Shown here: positions 19,850 through 29,249 of the stretch, in pieces
Layout of the letters: the number at the start of each line of letters is the position of its first letter
Numbering within the stretch: the first letter of the stretch is position 1
Virus record (IMG/VR): IMGVR_UViG_3300047666_000499
Span: 3,493 to 67,492 of that record
DNA length: 64,000 nt
Reading direction: 5' to 3' (one strand)
DNA from: a virus
Program-made: the position numbers and the translations under genes
Notes under the pieces: generated by a model
What the model was told of the DNA's origin: nothing
The model's database searches: none
What the model saw: only the letters and a program-made list of their open reading frames with translations

Positions 19850-21391
19850 ATGTCAGTAGAAATTTACGATAATTACAAGGTTCAAAAGGCGGAGCATATT
19901 GATGCAAAGCTGGTATCTGCAGCCTCCGTGGCTAATCTGCCAGATCCTACGGTTGCTGGTAATTTCCTATACTTAGGCGCTTTAGCTTACGTGATTAATG
20001 AGAACGCTCATTATCGTGTAGAGCTGGTTGCTGCTGTTTGGACCTGGGTTTACTTCGCGGGTGCAGGGAACAACCTGATCACAGGTTACATGAACATCAC
20101 TCCTTCAACCACAACATTAGATTTATCCCTAGTTACTTCAGACGCCGCCGGCCTAGTTCCAGTGCCTGTGAGCACTTGTTACACCATAAAGGTGATCATA
20201 ACTTCCACAGGTGGGGGTACAACCGGTGCAACAATAGGGGCTATAACCAACTTCCCTTCTGGGGCGGACAGATTGTTGTCTTTCACCACAGAAGTTAATA
20301 ATGTGCTGACATTCACACACACAGGTTACGCTTCCGCCATAGCAACACAGGTTGTTATAGAGGACGGCTTTGACATGTCCTTAACCGGCAGATTAATAGG
20401 TAACGAGTGCTTGACATTAAAAGATCACTCAGGTGCGTTGTGCCAACATACTTCTGTGCAGTTTGTGGCGGCCTCTGAATGGCTGAACACAATCGCTTCA
20501 GCCTTAGTTTACAACGGCTTGGATTCAACAGACGGAACTATAGCCCTGTCAGCCCACCAAGGTAACATATTGAACCAACTTTTAGACACAAAGCAACAGC
20601 AACTAGTAGCAGGGGATAACATCACTTTGACCGCCGGCGCAACAACGACTTTAATAAAGGCAGACCCTTGGGCTTGGGTTCAAACTACGTATGACTCAAC
20701 CGTGGCAAATTTGTCCACAGCATTGGTATGGTTAGGCACTAACCCCTTTGGCGCAACAGCGGTGAATTACTTTCGTGTAATAGCTAGAAACGATGCGGGA
20801 GCACCAACTTTCTTGTTACCCCCGGGTTTAGCACCTGACATTTTGGGTAACTGGGTGTTGATATCAGAGGCGACGGTAAGAACTCAACACACTAAGTTCG
20901 GGCTGAACGCTCAAAACTTGGGGAGTAGCCCAGTTCTAACTGCACAGCACTTTGTGGAAATGGGGGTGTCCAACTACGTTGGTGACTTTTTCCCAACTTC
21001 TATAAACACAGGTTCCAACAACTTAAACGCAGTATCCGTTTTCTTCGCGGACGGTTTGTACAAGGTGGACATGACCTTGGTGGTTTTTACCACTAACCTT
21101 TCCGTGTTTAATGATATTGCGGCGACCTTATATTTAGTGTCAAGCGATGCCACTAACATAAACCCTTTGGGGACGGCGGCCGTCATGCCTATTTCATCAG
21201 ACCACGGGACTTACGATGCCAACGCAACAGCGGGGCAACAAACTTTTCACCTTACGGGAACATTTGAGGTAGGCAATACTGCTTACTCAGGATTTGCTGC
21301 CGCTTTTAACACACTCGGTGGAGCAGCTAGTCTGTCAGACTTCGACATGTTGAGCAGCGTGAGCAGTATACAAGTAACAAAAATTAGATAA
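19850..21391 (+). CDS. Tail fibre protein
   Basis: N-terminal HIDAK...LYLGALAYV module shared with 22103; LDSTDGTIALSAHQGNIL..L and LVAGDNITL fibre motifs. Confidence 0.7.
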   Translation: MSVEIYDNYKVQKAEHIDAKLVSAASVANLPDPTVAGNFLYLGALAYVINENAHYRVELVAAVWTWVYFAGAGNNLITGYMNITPSTTTLDLSLVTSDAAGLVPVPVSTCYTIKVIITSTGGGTTGATIGAITNFPSGADRLLSFTTEVNNVLTFTHTGYASAIATQVVIEDGFDMSLTGRLIGNECLTLKDHSGALCQHTSVQFVAASEWLNTIASALVYNGLDSTDGTIALSAHQGNILNQLLDTKQQQLVAGDNITLTAGATTTLIKADPWAWVQTTYDSTVANLSTALVWLGTNPFGATAVNYFRVIARNDAGAPTFLLPPGLAPDILGNWVLISEATVRTQHTKFGLNAQNLGSSPVLTAQHFVEMGVSNYVGDFFPTSINTGSNNLNAVSVFFADGLYKVDMTLVVFTTNLSVFNDIAATLYLVSSDATNINPLGTAAVMPISSDHGTYDANATAGQQTFHLTGTFEVGNTAYSGFAAAFNTLGGAASLSDFDMLSSVSSIQVTKIR

Positions 21392-21392
21392 A

Positions 21393-22103
21393 ATGGCCAT
21401 TAACGCAAGACAAGTTCACAACATATTAGTAAATAGTGTGGGTACAGATTCATCTTCTGCCAGAGCAGGGTTCATCTCGCCGATCGCTGCCTTTACTGTG
21501 TCACCAAACGGTTACAGCACAGTGCCAGCATCACTGTCGTTAGGTGGTACTATTGATTACAATAGCGCACAAAACCTAACATGGACGGTTACTTCTGATT
21601 TCTCTGCTAACATCTTAGCGAGCGGGACGAGTAATGTGGTTGCGGGTACAATTTTGGCCCCGGATATACCTAGTGCTCTAGGCAGTCACAACCATTATTT
21701 AAATTTAACATACCAAGATTCTTCAGGTAACACTTATAATGTGTCCTACATAGCGGTTGTGACAATGAGCGCAGAAGCTACAGCGGGGCAGTTACCGTTT
21801 AGTATTGATGTCTCCGCTGGTGATTTCGGCACTATCATCCCTCTTTACGAGGGCACGTTTGCGCCAGTGACGGAAACAGATTTGTTAACACAGTTCGACA
21901 TTGTGACCACAGTTCTCTCTACGGGTAGACTGGTTATCATTGTGCCTTACGCTATTGGAGCGGTTATCGATATAGAAGATAACACTAACGCTACCGTGTT
22001 GAACGAGTTCAGCAGATTCGCGGATATAGCAAACAGCAGAGAGATCTTCGTAACCACAGCTTCTGTAACACCGGGCACATACACTTATAAAGTTGTAGTA
22101 TAA
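21393..22103 (+). CDS. Fibre-associated beta-sandwich protein (paralog of 19067)
   Basis: C-terminal GRLVIIVP...EIFVT...YTYKVVV. Confidence 0.55.
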   Translation: MAINARQVHNILVNSVGTDSSSARAGFISPIAAFTVSPNGYSTVPASLSLGGTIDYNSAQNLTWTVTSDFSANILASGTSNVVAGTILAPDIPSALGSHNHYLNLTYQDSSGNTYNVSYIAVVTMSAEATAGQLPFSIDVSAGDFGTIIPLYEGTFAPVTETDLLTQFDIVTTVLSTGRLVIIVPYAIGAVIDIEDNTNATVLNEFSRFADIANSREIFVTTASVTPGTYTYKVVV

Positions 22104-22663
22104 TGGGACACATGACTAACAAGAAGGCCTTATCAGAGGGATTCAGCGTCAGATCGCAGTCTCCTATTGATGACAGGTTAGTGATCAGCACCGCTGCTGA
22201 TGTAGCTACTTTAGGTAGCTCAGACCCTTATCGGTTTTACGAGGGTATGCGTGTTTGGGTTATGGACACCAACACGGAGTACGTTTGGCGGGAGGTAATT
22301 GGTGGTGAGACAGGTGGTCTTGTGACGGTCGATTTCACCTACCCAGTTAGTGTGGAGGAAGCTGGTGTAATATACGATGGCCGAGTATTCAACTTCTTCG
22401 CTACAGGCACTGTTAGTGTACCGGTTGTCGGCACAGTAGCCGTTTTCGTGGCCACGGTGGCGCTGACTAACAATGTTGTCTTTCCCGTTGTAATGGGGGC
22501 AATAGGTACCGAAATAGTAAGTGTGGCGTTGTACGACTCAACTAATAAAGACATTTCCAATGGGGTTGATATAGAAATAGTTGACACTGGTTTAACAGTG
22601 AATCTAGAATCTAATGTCGACCTTGTGGGTATACAAGTAAAGGTAAGCTACGTGCCCCTATAG
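22103..22663 (+). CDS. Fibre adaptor protein
   Basis: N-terminal PIDDR...FYEGMRVWV module; C-terminal SVALYDS...ESNV small beta domain. Confidence 0.55.
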   Translation: MGHMTNKKALSEGFSVRSQSPIDDRLVISTAADVATLGSSDPYRFYEGMRVWVMDTNTEYVWREVIGGETGGLVTVDFTYPVSVEEAGVIYDGRVFNFFATGTVSVPVVGTVAVFVATVALTNNVVFPVVMGAIGTEIVSVALYDSTNKDISNGVDIEIVDTGLTVNLESNVDLVGIQVKVSYVPL

Positions 22664-22728
22664 TACAAAGAACTGCGGTACCAACCGCGTATTAATCGAC
22701 TAATAATTTTTAAAAAAAAAAAAACAAG

Positions 22729-23856
22729 ATGGCAACTAAAGACATTTACGTACATCAGAATCACAACGCGCAAGAGATACAAAATGTATCATTAGAGAGA
22801 TTAACAACAGCAGCAATCGTGGCTTTAGCCGGCGCTGGCCTGTTTGACGGGCGTATCGTTTATGACACTGACAAAAATCAAATTGTAACTTACAACGGGG
22901 CTATTTGGCAAGCAATTGCAAATTCTTCTGATTTAAATAAATTTGGGGCGCAAATTGGAGCTGTAAGTGCGGCTGCAGGATTACCTGATGGTGTCACTGT
23001 TGGCCAAGTTGGTTCTGGTGTTGATGAATTGGACGTACCTTTAACTACTGTCGCATCTATCCAAACAGGAGATACATGGATCGTTACTGCTGCTGGTGTA
23101 ATTGCTGGTATTGCTGGTAGTGATACATTGGGTGTAGGAGATTTATTGATGGCTACTGCCGATGGGGCAGTTGTTGCTGCTGACTGGGTAGGTATTCAAA
23201 TGAATATTAATGACCTTAACTTAGGCATCAATAACTGGTCTGCGTCCACTGTTTATGAAGCTAGCGCTGTTGTAACTGCAGTTTCACCTACAACTGGCCA
23301 CCAAACGATCTACCGTAGAATTGCCGCTGGTACTTCTACTGGTACATTCACAGCTGTTGAAGAAGCATTGCACTTAACTCTGTCTACTGCCGGTAAAACT
23401 GAGCACCATGTTGATAATACGTCATTGGCTGCTTTAGGGCTAGCAACTGCTGGTAATCCAACTATAGCTGAAATCGAAGCATGGGTAGCTTTAGCTGCTA
23501 ATGTGATCGCTGATGGTATCTTGTACTATACAGGCGATGATTTAACTGTATCCACCCCTACTTATGTTTACTGGATTGATGCTGCAGGTTCTGCGATAAA
23601 GTTATCAGGAGGTGCAAGTGGAGTGTTTGCTGCAGTTTTAGCCGCGCCGCTAGTTCCTGTAACACCGCTATCGTTTGCTGCTGCTATGGCTGCTACGACT
23701 CCTTTTGCTATGACGACTTTACGCTCAGTGCAGGTAATCAATGATGCTACTGGTGAGGACATTACTTCAGGAGTAAGAATTGATTGGACTGCTTTTGAAG
23801 TAGAATCTAACGTTGCAATTGCTGGCGTCACTATTACGATCCTGGGGGAGGATTAA
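22729..23856 (+). CDS. Tail/head fibre protein
   Basis: GRIVYDTD...YNGAIW and GDTWIVTAAG...GDLLMA fibre modules; C-terminal SVQVIND...ESNV domain. Confidence 0.6.
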   Translation: MATKDIYVHQNHNAQEIQNVSLERLTTAAIVALAGAGLFDGRIVYDTDKNQIVTYNGAIWQAIANSSDLNKFGAQIGAVSAAAGLPDGVTVGQVGSGVDELDVPLTTVASIQTGDTWIVTAAGVIAGIAGSDTLGVGDLLMATADGAVVAADWVGIQMNINDLNLGINNWSASTVYEASAVVTAVSPTTGHQTIYRRIAAGTSTGTFTAVEEALHLTLSTAGKTEHHVDNTSLAALGLATAGNPTIAEIEAWVALAANVIADGILYYTGDDLTVSTPTYVYWIDAAGSAIKLSGGASGVFAAVLAAPLVPVTPLSFAAAMAATTPFAMTTLRSVQVINDATGEDITSGVRIDWTAFEVESNVAIAGVTITILGED

Positions 23857-23876
23857 TAAACCTATAATTATCAAAC

Positions 23877-23906
23877 AGGTCACATTCTTCGGGGTGTGGC
23901 CTTTTT
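23877..23906 (+). terminator. Intrinsic terminator with UUCG tetraloop
   Basis: AGGTCACATTC-TTCG-GGGTGTGGCCT followed by TTTT. Confidence 0.8.
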
Positions 23907-23937
23907 GTGGTACAGAATGAAATTAAAATTTATCTTG

Positions 23938-26016
23938 ATGGCTGAGAAAAATCATTATATAGACATAGTACAGCATGACACGGCTGATACTACCACTATT
24001 TCTACAAGCACAGCTAATGCTGTGTTCAAAATATTATCCACTACTACGAGAATAGCTATAGGTAGTGGGACAGTTGTAGCAGGAGCAAATAGTGCTATAG
24101 CCATTGGAACTAGTGCATCTGTAGCAGGGAATAGTGGTGTTGGTATTGGGAGAGTAGTAAATGCTTCTGGTACAAACACAGTAGCTATTGGAACACAGGC
24201 TGCAGTGACTGGTGGGTCTAGTGGGGTAGCTATAGGAAATACTGCTAATGTAAACGAATCACAAGCAGTTGCCGTTGGTAACGCTGCAACAACAATCGGA
24301 GCTTCAGCTACAGCACTTGGGGATCAAGCCAAAGCAGGTGCAGCTCAAGGAGTCTCTATAGGATACAGAGCAGGACTTTCCACTGGAACCATAAACATAA
24401 GATCAGTTTCTATAGGTCCAGATGCAAATCAAGGGGCAGCAGATATAGGGAGTGGTGCTGTAGCTATAGGATACAGTTCACAATCGGCTGCAGGCAACTC
24501 GGTAGCACTAGGTTCATTCGCAGGAGCAACTACAGGAACATCTAATCAGGAATCAATATCAATTGGCCTTCAAGCCAACCAAGGAACATCTATTATAGGT
24601 AGATACGGAATAGCTATTGGAAATGGATCAAAGAGTCAAGGGACTGGTGAGATATCCATGGGCCGTCTTGCAGCAGCAACAACTGGCACAGTTGGAGTTC
24701 AGTCAACATCAATAGGATACTTAGCTAACTCTGGGACAGGTGATGTAGGATATCAATCAATCGCAATAGGTGCAAATGCTATGACTCGTGGAGCACTTAG
24801 TATCTCAATGGGTTTGAATGCAGGTAGTACTACTGGGACAGACGGAATAGGTGTTGTATCAATAGGACCATACGCAAACAATGGAACTCACAATATTGGC
24901 GCTGACTCTTGTGCCGTTGGATATTCGGCTGATAGTATTGGAGCGCAGAGTATTGCTATAGGTCGTGAAGCTGTTGGTGGAGGGTCCGGATCAGTATCCA
25001 TGGGATATAGATCAGGAAACACAACAGGCACTCAGGGATCCTATGCCATACAAATAGGTAGAGATGTAAATCAAGGATCAGGAGCAGTTGGCCCAGATTC
25101 TGTAGGCATAGGTCGTTCTGCTAAGTCTCCTTTGACTGGTTGTATTGCCATAGGATTACTAGCTGGCAACACCTCTGGCTCTGATGGGACTTTCTCAGTG
25201 TCAATGGGATATGGTGCTAACAGTGGTATTCACAACATAGGTTACGCTTCCTTAGCTATGGGATATTCGGCTGATAGTGCGGGAGGTAGTTCTGTTGCTT
25301 TAGGTGACACTGCCGTCTCCTCTGGTGCTTATGCCGTTGCAATAGGTCAAAACACCTCTGCTAGTGGTAATGGTACCATTGCGATAGGACAACAATCTGT
25401 TGCGAGTGGTATCACTAACGGGTCTGTTGCTATCGGTCGCCTAACCACAGCTTCTGGTTCTGGTGGTCTTGCCCTAGGTGGAGATTCCCGAGCTACTGCT
25501 GATAGCACAACTGCTATCGGGACAAGCTCTCGTGCTGAAGCTAATCAAGCTCTTGCGATAGGCTATAGAGCAGGAAACACCTCTGGAACCAAAGGTACTG
25601 CATCAGTCTCTATTGGACCAGATGCCAATCAAGGAACACAAGATATAGGATTTGAGTCAATCGGCATAGGCCTCAGTGCTGATAGTATAGGAGATAGTTC
25701 AGTAGCATTGGGAACATATACACAATCAATAGCTGATAACTGTATGATAGTATCAACTGCTGGTGCAACACCTACATCAAATACAATTGCTAATACACAC
25801 ACATTTCACACAACTGATGCCAATGCAGACTTCGGCATAAGAGCAGGAGTACCTGAAGCAACCGAATACACAGTAGCGACATTACCTGCAGTTGCTAACA
25901 GTAGAGTTAGTTTATCTGGATTCATTGTAGTATCGGATGAGATAGGTGGACGTACAATGGCTACTAGTGATGGAACAAATTGGAGAAGAGTGTCGGACGG
26001 TGCTATTGTATCATAG
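23938..26016 (+). CDS. YadA/Hep-Hag-like beta-roll adhesin fibre
   Basis: Dozens of (S/A)x(A/S)IG repeats and a C-terminal YTVATLP...SDGTNWRR fibre end. Start reassigned to ATG 23938 because the track start lies inside the terminator. Confidence 0.8.
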   Translation: MAEKNHYIDIVQHDTADTTTISTSTANAVFKILSTTTRIAIGSGTVVAGANSAIAIGTSASVAGNSGVGIGRVVNASGTNTVAIGTQAAVTGGSSGVAIGNTANVNESQAVAVGNAATTIGASATALGDQAKAGAAQGVSIGYRAGLSTGTINIRSVSIGPDANQGAADIGSGAVAIGYSSQSAAGNSVALGSFAGATTGTSNQESISIGLQANQGTSIIGRYGIAIGNGSKSQGTGEISMGRLAAATTGTVGVQSTSIGYLANSGTGDVGYQSIAIGANAMTRGALSISMGLNAGSTTGTDGIGVVSIGPYANNGTHNIGADSCAVGYSADSIGAQSIAIGREAVGGGSGSVSMGYRSGNTTGTQGSYAIQIGRDVNQGSGAVGPDSVGIGRSAKSPLTGCIAIGLLAGNTSGSDGTFSVSMGYGANSGIHNIGYASLAMGYSADSAGGSSVALGDTAVSSGAYAVAIGQNTSASGNGTIAIGQQSVASGITNGSVAIGRLTTASGSGGLALGGDSRATADSTTAIGTSSRAEANQALAIGYRAGNTSGTKGTASVSIGPDANQGTQDIGFESIGIGLSADSIGDSSVALGTYTQSIADNCMIVSTAGATPTSNTIANTHTFHTTDANADFGIRAGVPEATEYTVATLPAVANSRVSLSGFIVVSDEIGGRTMATSDGTNWRRVSDGAIVS

Positions 26017-26034
26017 AACAAAAAAATCATAAAT

Positions 26035-26097
26035 ATGCTAAAAACAAATTCAGAAATCATTATGCTAAAAACAAAGTCAGAAATCAGTATTCTAAAA
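26035..26097 (+). repeat. 27-nt tandem duplication of the start region
   Basis: atgctaaaaacaaattcagaaatcatt / atgctaaaaacaaagtcagaaatcagt / attctaaaa. Confidence 0.85.
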
Positions 26098-26442
26098 CCG
26101 GGAGCAGTCCTTCCGTCGGACACTCAACTAAGAGTGGTGCACGGTAAAATCACTAGAGTAGAGAATTCTTTTGAAGAGTTCATGGAGGGAGTCACTGTAA
26201 CTTACTCTTACTTCGTTCTGGATGTTATCAATGGGGGGGATAAAGAGGAGTACCGAGAAGTTACAATAGCGAGTGGGTTAAAAACTTTCTCTTTCGAGGA
26301 AGCACAAGCCATCAAAGACACTTTAACTATTCCTGAAGGGCTTAGTGAGAAGGACGAGATCTTATACAAATACAGTGAAGCACTTCGCATGAAGATGGCA
26401 GAAAGATTCCTTGTAGACGTGAAGGACATAATCGGCACATAA
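26035..26442 (+). CDS. Hypothetical protein (possible fibre chaperone); start may be 26062
   Basis: Directly follows the fibre gene; has two duplicated starts. Confidence 0.55.
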   Translation: MLKTNSEIIMLKTKSEISILKPGAVLPSDTQLRVVHGKITRVENSFEEFMEGVTVTYSYFVLDVINGGDKEEYREVTIASGLKTFSFEEAQAIKDTLTIPEGLSEKDEILYKYSEALRMKMAERFLVDVKDIIGT

Positions 26443-26464
26443 CACACGTTCAGGTTTTATCCAC

Positions 26465-26491
26465 AAGTGCTGCCCTAGGGTGGCATTTTTT
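26465..26491 (+). terminator. Intrinsic terminator
   Basis: AAGTGCTGCC-CTAG-GGTGGCATTT followed by TTT. Confidence 0.75.
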
Positions 26492-26496
26492 ATATC

Positions 26497-26527
26497 CTTA
26501 TGTTATGGAACAATATTCATATATATA
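26497..26527 (+). promoter_or_regulatory. Putative promoter CTTA-N19-TATATATA
   Basis: Recurrent motif after the terminator. Confidence 0.55.
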
Positions 26528-26549
26528 GGTTACAACAAATTTCGAAATT

Positions 26550-27800
26550 ATGTTAAGAGTAAACTCACCGTCACGTACTGGACAAGATTCATATGGCAAC
26601 TGGAATAGTAGCCTAGTTCCCAAGGGAAAAGTGAAATCAGCAACCGATTTAGTGGCGAAGCAAAAAGCAAAGAACTTTTCTAAGAGCTTAGACAACGCTG
26701 CGAACGCGGGTCGAACAGTTGGCGGCAACTCCGCTTTAGCTACTTCACAGGCTTATGATCAAATTCAGATCAACTCAGCCCAAATATCAAACAAGGAATA
26801 CGGGGCTAGTGACTTCATGGCGAGCGCCCCCGGAGCGGCCGCAGCGGGAATAAGCATGGCTACTGATCTCAAGGGTGCTGGCGTGGGCAAAACTGAGGCA
26901 GGCCTTATTGGCGGAGCCACAGCAGCTGCTGCTATAGGTGGGGACGCCTTAAACAAAACTGGAAACGAGACTGCTGGTGGTGCATTGAAAGGTGCTGCTA
27001 CAGGCGCTAGCTTAGGTATGGCCGCAGGTCCTTTGGGTGCTTTGGTTGGTGCTGGGGTTGGTGCTGTTGCGGGTGGATTATCTGGCAACAAAAAAGAGAA
27101 AGAGCGTGAAGCCTTTGAGAAATCAGAAAAAGAACGTGTTGATAAGGAAACAAAAGCATTCGATAAGGCGAGAACAGTGGCTATAGGTCAAGCAGCTGAT
27201 GTCGATAAGATGTATAGTCTAAACAAGGCAGCAGGGCGCAAACGTGGTCTTCTGTACAGGTCAGGCGGCAAGGTGGAAACACCAGAGGTAGAGGGCAAAG
27301 AAGAGGGTAAGCTCTCAGGCATGCCGTTTTTCCTTGGGGGAGGTGTGATGGATGTTTCTTTGAAAGAGCCGTCTAAGCAGCACAAGAAAACCAAAACACC
27401 GAAAATCTTCAAGAGAAAGAAGGGCGGCAAAGTTACTAGCTGCTCATCGGGTTGCAAGTGCACAAAATGTGGTAAGAAGCCAACTAACATACAAACAATC
27501 TTCCGTAGAGGTGGAGAGATCGACCTGTCTAAGGAGAATGTTATCGTGGACGGGGCTAGCCATGACGAGCTAAACAACACTGGCATAAAGGGGGACAAAG
27601 GTTTGCCCGTTGTTCAAAACGGCATAAAAGTTGCTGAGATTGAAAGTGACGAACTAGTCTTGAACTTGGCGGCTGTTGTGAAGATCGATGATTTAAGAAA
27701 GAAAGCCTCTACTGGGGACAAAGAAGCTGAGAAGAAACTCGGCGAGGTTTTGTCTGCAGAATTAGAGAACAACACATACGACTACTCAAACGTAATGTAA
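26550..27800 (+). CDS. Gly-zipper membrane-active cargo/ejection-type protein
   Basis: GGALKGAATGASLGMAAGPLGALVGAGVGAVAGG; several xGG motifs; C-terminal GASH...KGLPV...AEIESDELVL domain. Confidence 0.55.
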   Translation: MLRVNSPSRTGQDSYGNWNSSLVPKGKVKSATDLVAKQKAKNFSKSLDNAANAGRTVGGNSALATSQAYDQIQINSAQISNKEYGASDFMASAPGAAAAGISMATDLKGAGVGKTEAGLIGGATAAAAIGGDALNKTGNETAGGALKGAATGASLGMAAGPLGALVGAGVGAVAGGLSGNKKEKEREAFEKSEKERVDKETKAFDKARTVAIGQAADVDKMYSLNKAAGRKRGLLYRSGGKVETPEVEGKEEGKLSGMPFFLGGGVMDVSLKEPSKQHKKTKTPKIFKRKKGGKVTSCSSGCKCTKCGKKPTNIQTIFRRGGEIDLSKENVIVDGASHDELNNTGIKGDKGLPVVQNGIKVAEIESDELVLNLAAVVKIDDLRKKASTGDKEAEKKLGEVLSAELENNTYDYSNVM

Positions 27801-28460
27801 ATGAAATTATTTCCAGTTGATATACGAGGTAAAAGCTTTAAGGTGGCCATGGCCGACTCTGAGAGCTCACGCCATAAGGGTTTATCAGGTTTAGCTCGTT
27901 TAGCTCCTAACAGGGGTATGCTGTTTGTCTACCCTGAGAAGACACGTATGTACATGGTCATGCGAGACATGAATTTCGGTTTGGACTTCTTGTTCTTAGA
28001 CGAGAACTTCGAGATCGTGCAACTTGGTACAATGGAGGCTGATGACACCAGAGGGCTTGTAGCCCTGACGCCTTGTGTTATGGTGCTAGAGCTACCAAAG
28101 GGTACAATAAAAGAATTACAGCTATCAACGGATATGCGTATCGAACCTTCTGCACATTTGCATACTCACAGTAAGGGTGTTTCAAAGTTCAAGAGAGGTG
28201 GCCGCTTTGAGATGATAGGGGACAAAGTTTACCGCATAAAGGTGGACGATGTAAAACCTGAAGAGGGACGATTACAGATCCTGAACGAGGACGGGGAAGT
28301 TGTTGCGAATATCGACAGCGGGAGCCGTATATTCTCTAGGGAACACACGAAAGAATTAATCAAGCTGCACAAAGGTGGTGACATCACTGCCTTAGCCCAG
28401 TCTATGATAAAGATATTAGATATACAGGACTCACAAAAACAAGAACACGTAGATGGCTAG
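27801..28460 (+). CDS. DUF192-family protein with C-terminal cargo-type domain
   Basis: VAMADS..SRHKGL....L..NRGMLFVY...MRDMNFGLDFLFLD...VLELPKG. Confidence 0.8.
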   Translation: MKLFPVDIRGKSFKVAMADSESSRHKGLSGLARLAPNRGMLFVYPEKTRMYMVMRDMNFGLDFLFLDENFEIVQLGTMEADDTRGLVALTPCVMVLELPKGTIKELQLSTDMRIEPSAHLHTHSKGVSKFKRGGRFEMIGDKVYRIKVDDVKPEEGRLQILNEDGEVVANIDSGSRIFSREHTKELIKLHKGGDITALAQSMIKILDIQDSQKQEHVDG

Positions 28461-29193
28461 TTTCAAGAACCCCTTTGTTAGACCCAGATCTGGCCAAGGA
28501 CTTCTTTACGGAGGTCCGAGAAAAGCACAGCACAACGATAAGTTTGTTGAACGTCTTATAGGCGGAACTGGTGCTGCGGACTCTTCCCAGTTTAATGTGG
28601 ATAACATCCCGGCCAAATTCAACGGCTACACACCCACGGGTAACACGGCTATAGAAAAGCTTGTGAATGGTGCCCAAAAGGAGTGGAAAGCTTGGAGAGG
28701 CGATGGCGGTAAAGAGATCATAAAAGAAGGTGACAGCAGAACAGCAGGGCGTTTGAACTATTACTGGAGAACCGGTGGTTTGAAAACTAGCGACTGGGGC
28801 GGCGATGAAGACCAATGGAGCGCCGCGTTTGTGTCCGCAATGGTTAAGCAAGCTGGAATCGGTGATTTCAAGTTTTCGGCCTCACACAGTGATTACATAC
28901 GTCAAGGTGTTAAGAATAGAAAAAATGAAACAGGTAGCTTCAAGACTTACAAACCTTCGGAGGTTACAGTGGCGGTCGGGGATATCATAGGATACCCCAG
29001 AAAAGAGGGAGTTACATACGACACCGACGAGTACTACCCAAGTCATTCTGATATTGTGGTGGAAGTTGGTGAGGGCTATGTGAAGACAATAGGCGGGAAT
29101 CTCGGTAATTCCGTTTCTACTACAAAGGTAAGCATAGGGGCTGACGGTAAGATCACTGATAAGAAGTATCACGCTGTTATAAAGTTCGACTAA
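28453..29193 (+). CDS. DUF2272/CHAP-like putative peptidoglycan hydrolase
   Basis: WSAAFVS, FSASHSDYI, GDII, SHSDIVV, IGGNLGNSV. Confidence 0.75.
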   Translation: MASFKNPFVRPRSGQGLLYGGPRKAQHNDKFVERLIGGTGAADSSQFNVDNIPAKFNGYTPTGNTAIEKLVNGAQKEWKAWRGDGGKEIIKEGDSRTAGRLNYYWRTGGLKTSDWGGDEDQWSAAFVSAMVKQAGIGDFKFSASHSDYIRQGVKNRKNETGSFKTYKPSEVTVAVGDIIGYPRKEGVTYDTDEYYPSHSDIVVEVGEGYVKTIGGNLGNSVSTTKVSIGADGKITDKKYHAVIKFD

Positions 29194-29195
29194 CC

Positions 29196-29226
29196 CTTAT
29201 TATTAGGAAAAAATTTAGTATAAATT
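29196..29226 (+). promoter_or_regulatory. Putative promoter CTTA-N19-TATAAATT
   Basis: Recurrent motif; nearly identical to the 37509 copy. Confidence 0.6.
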
Positions 29227-29249
29227 TACAAAATTTAATACACAAGCAA

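Noticed and set aside
23896-23937. Track start for the YadA-like fibre (MAFLWYR...)
   Set aside because: The GTG lies inside the terminator stem; ATG 23938 has a better context.
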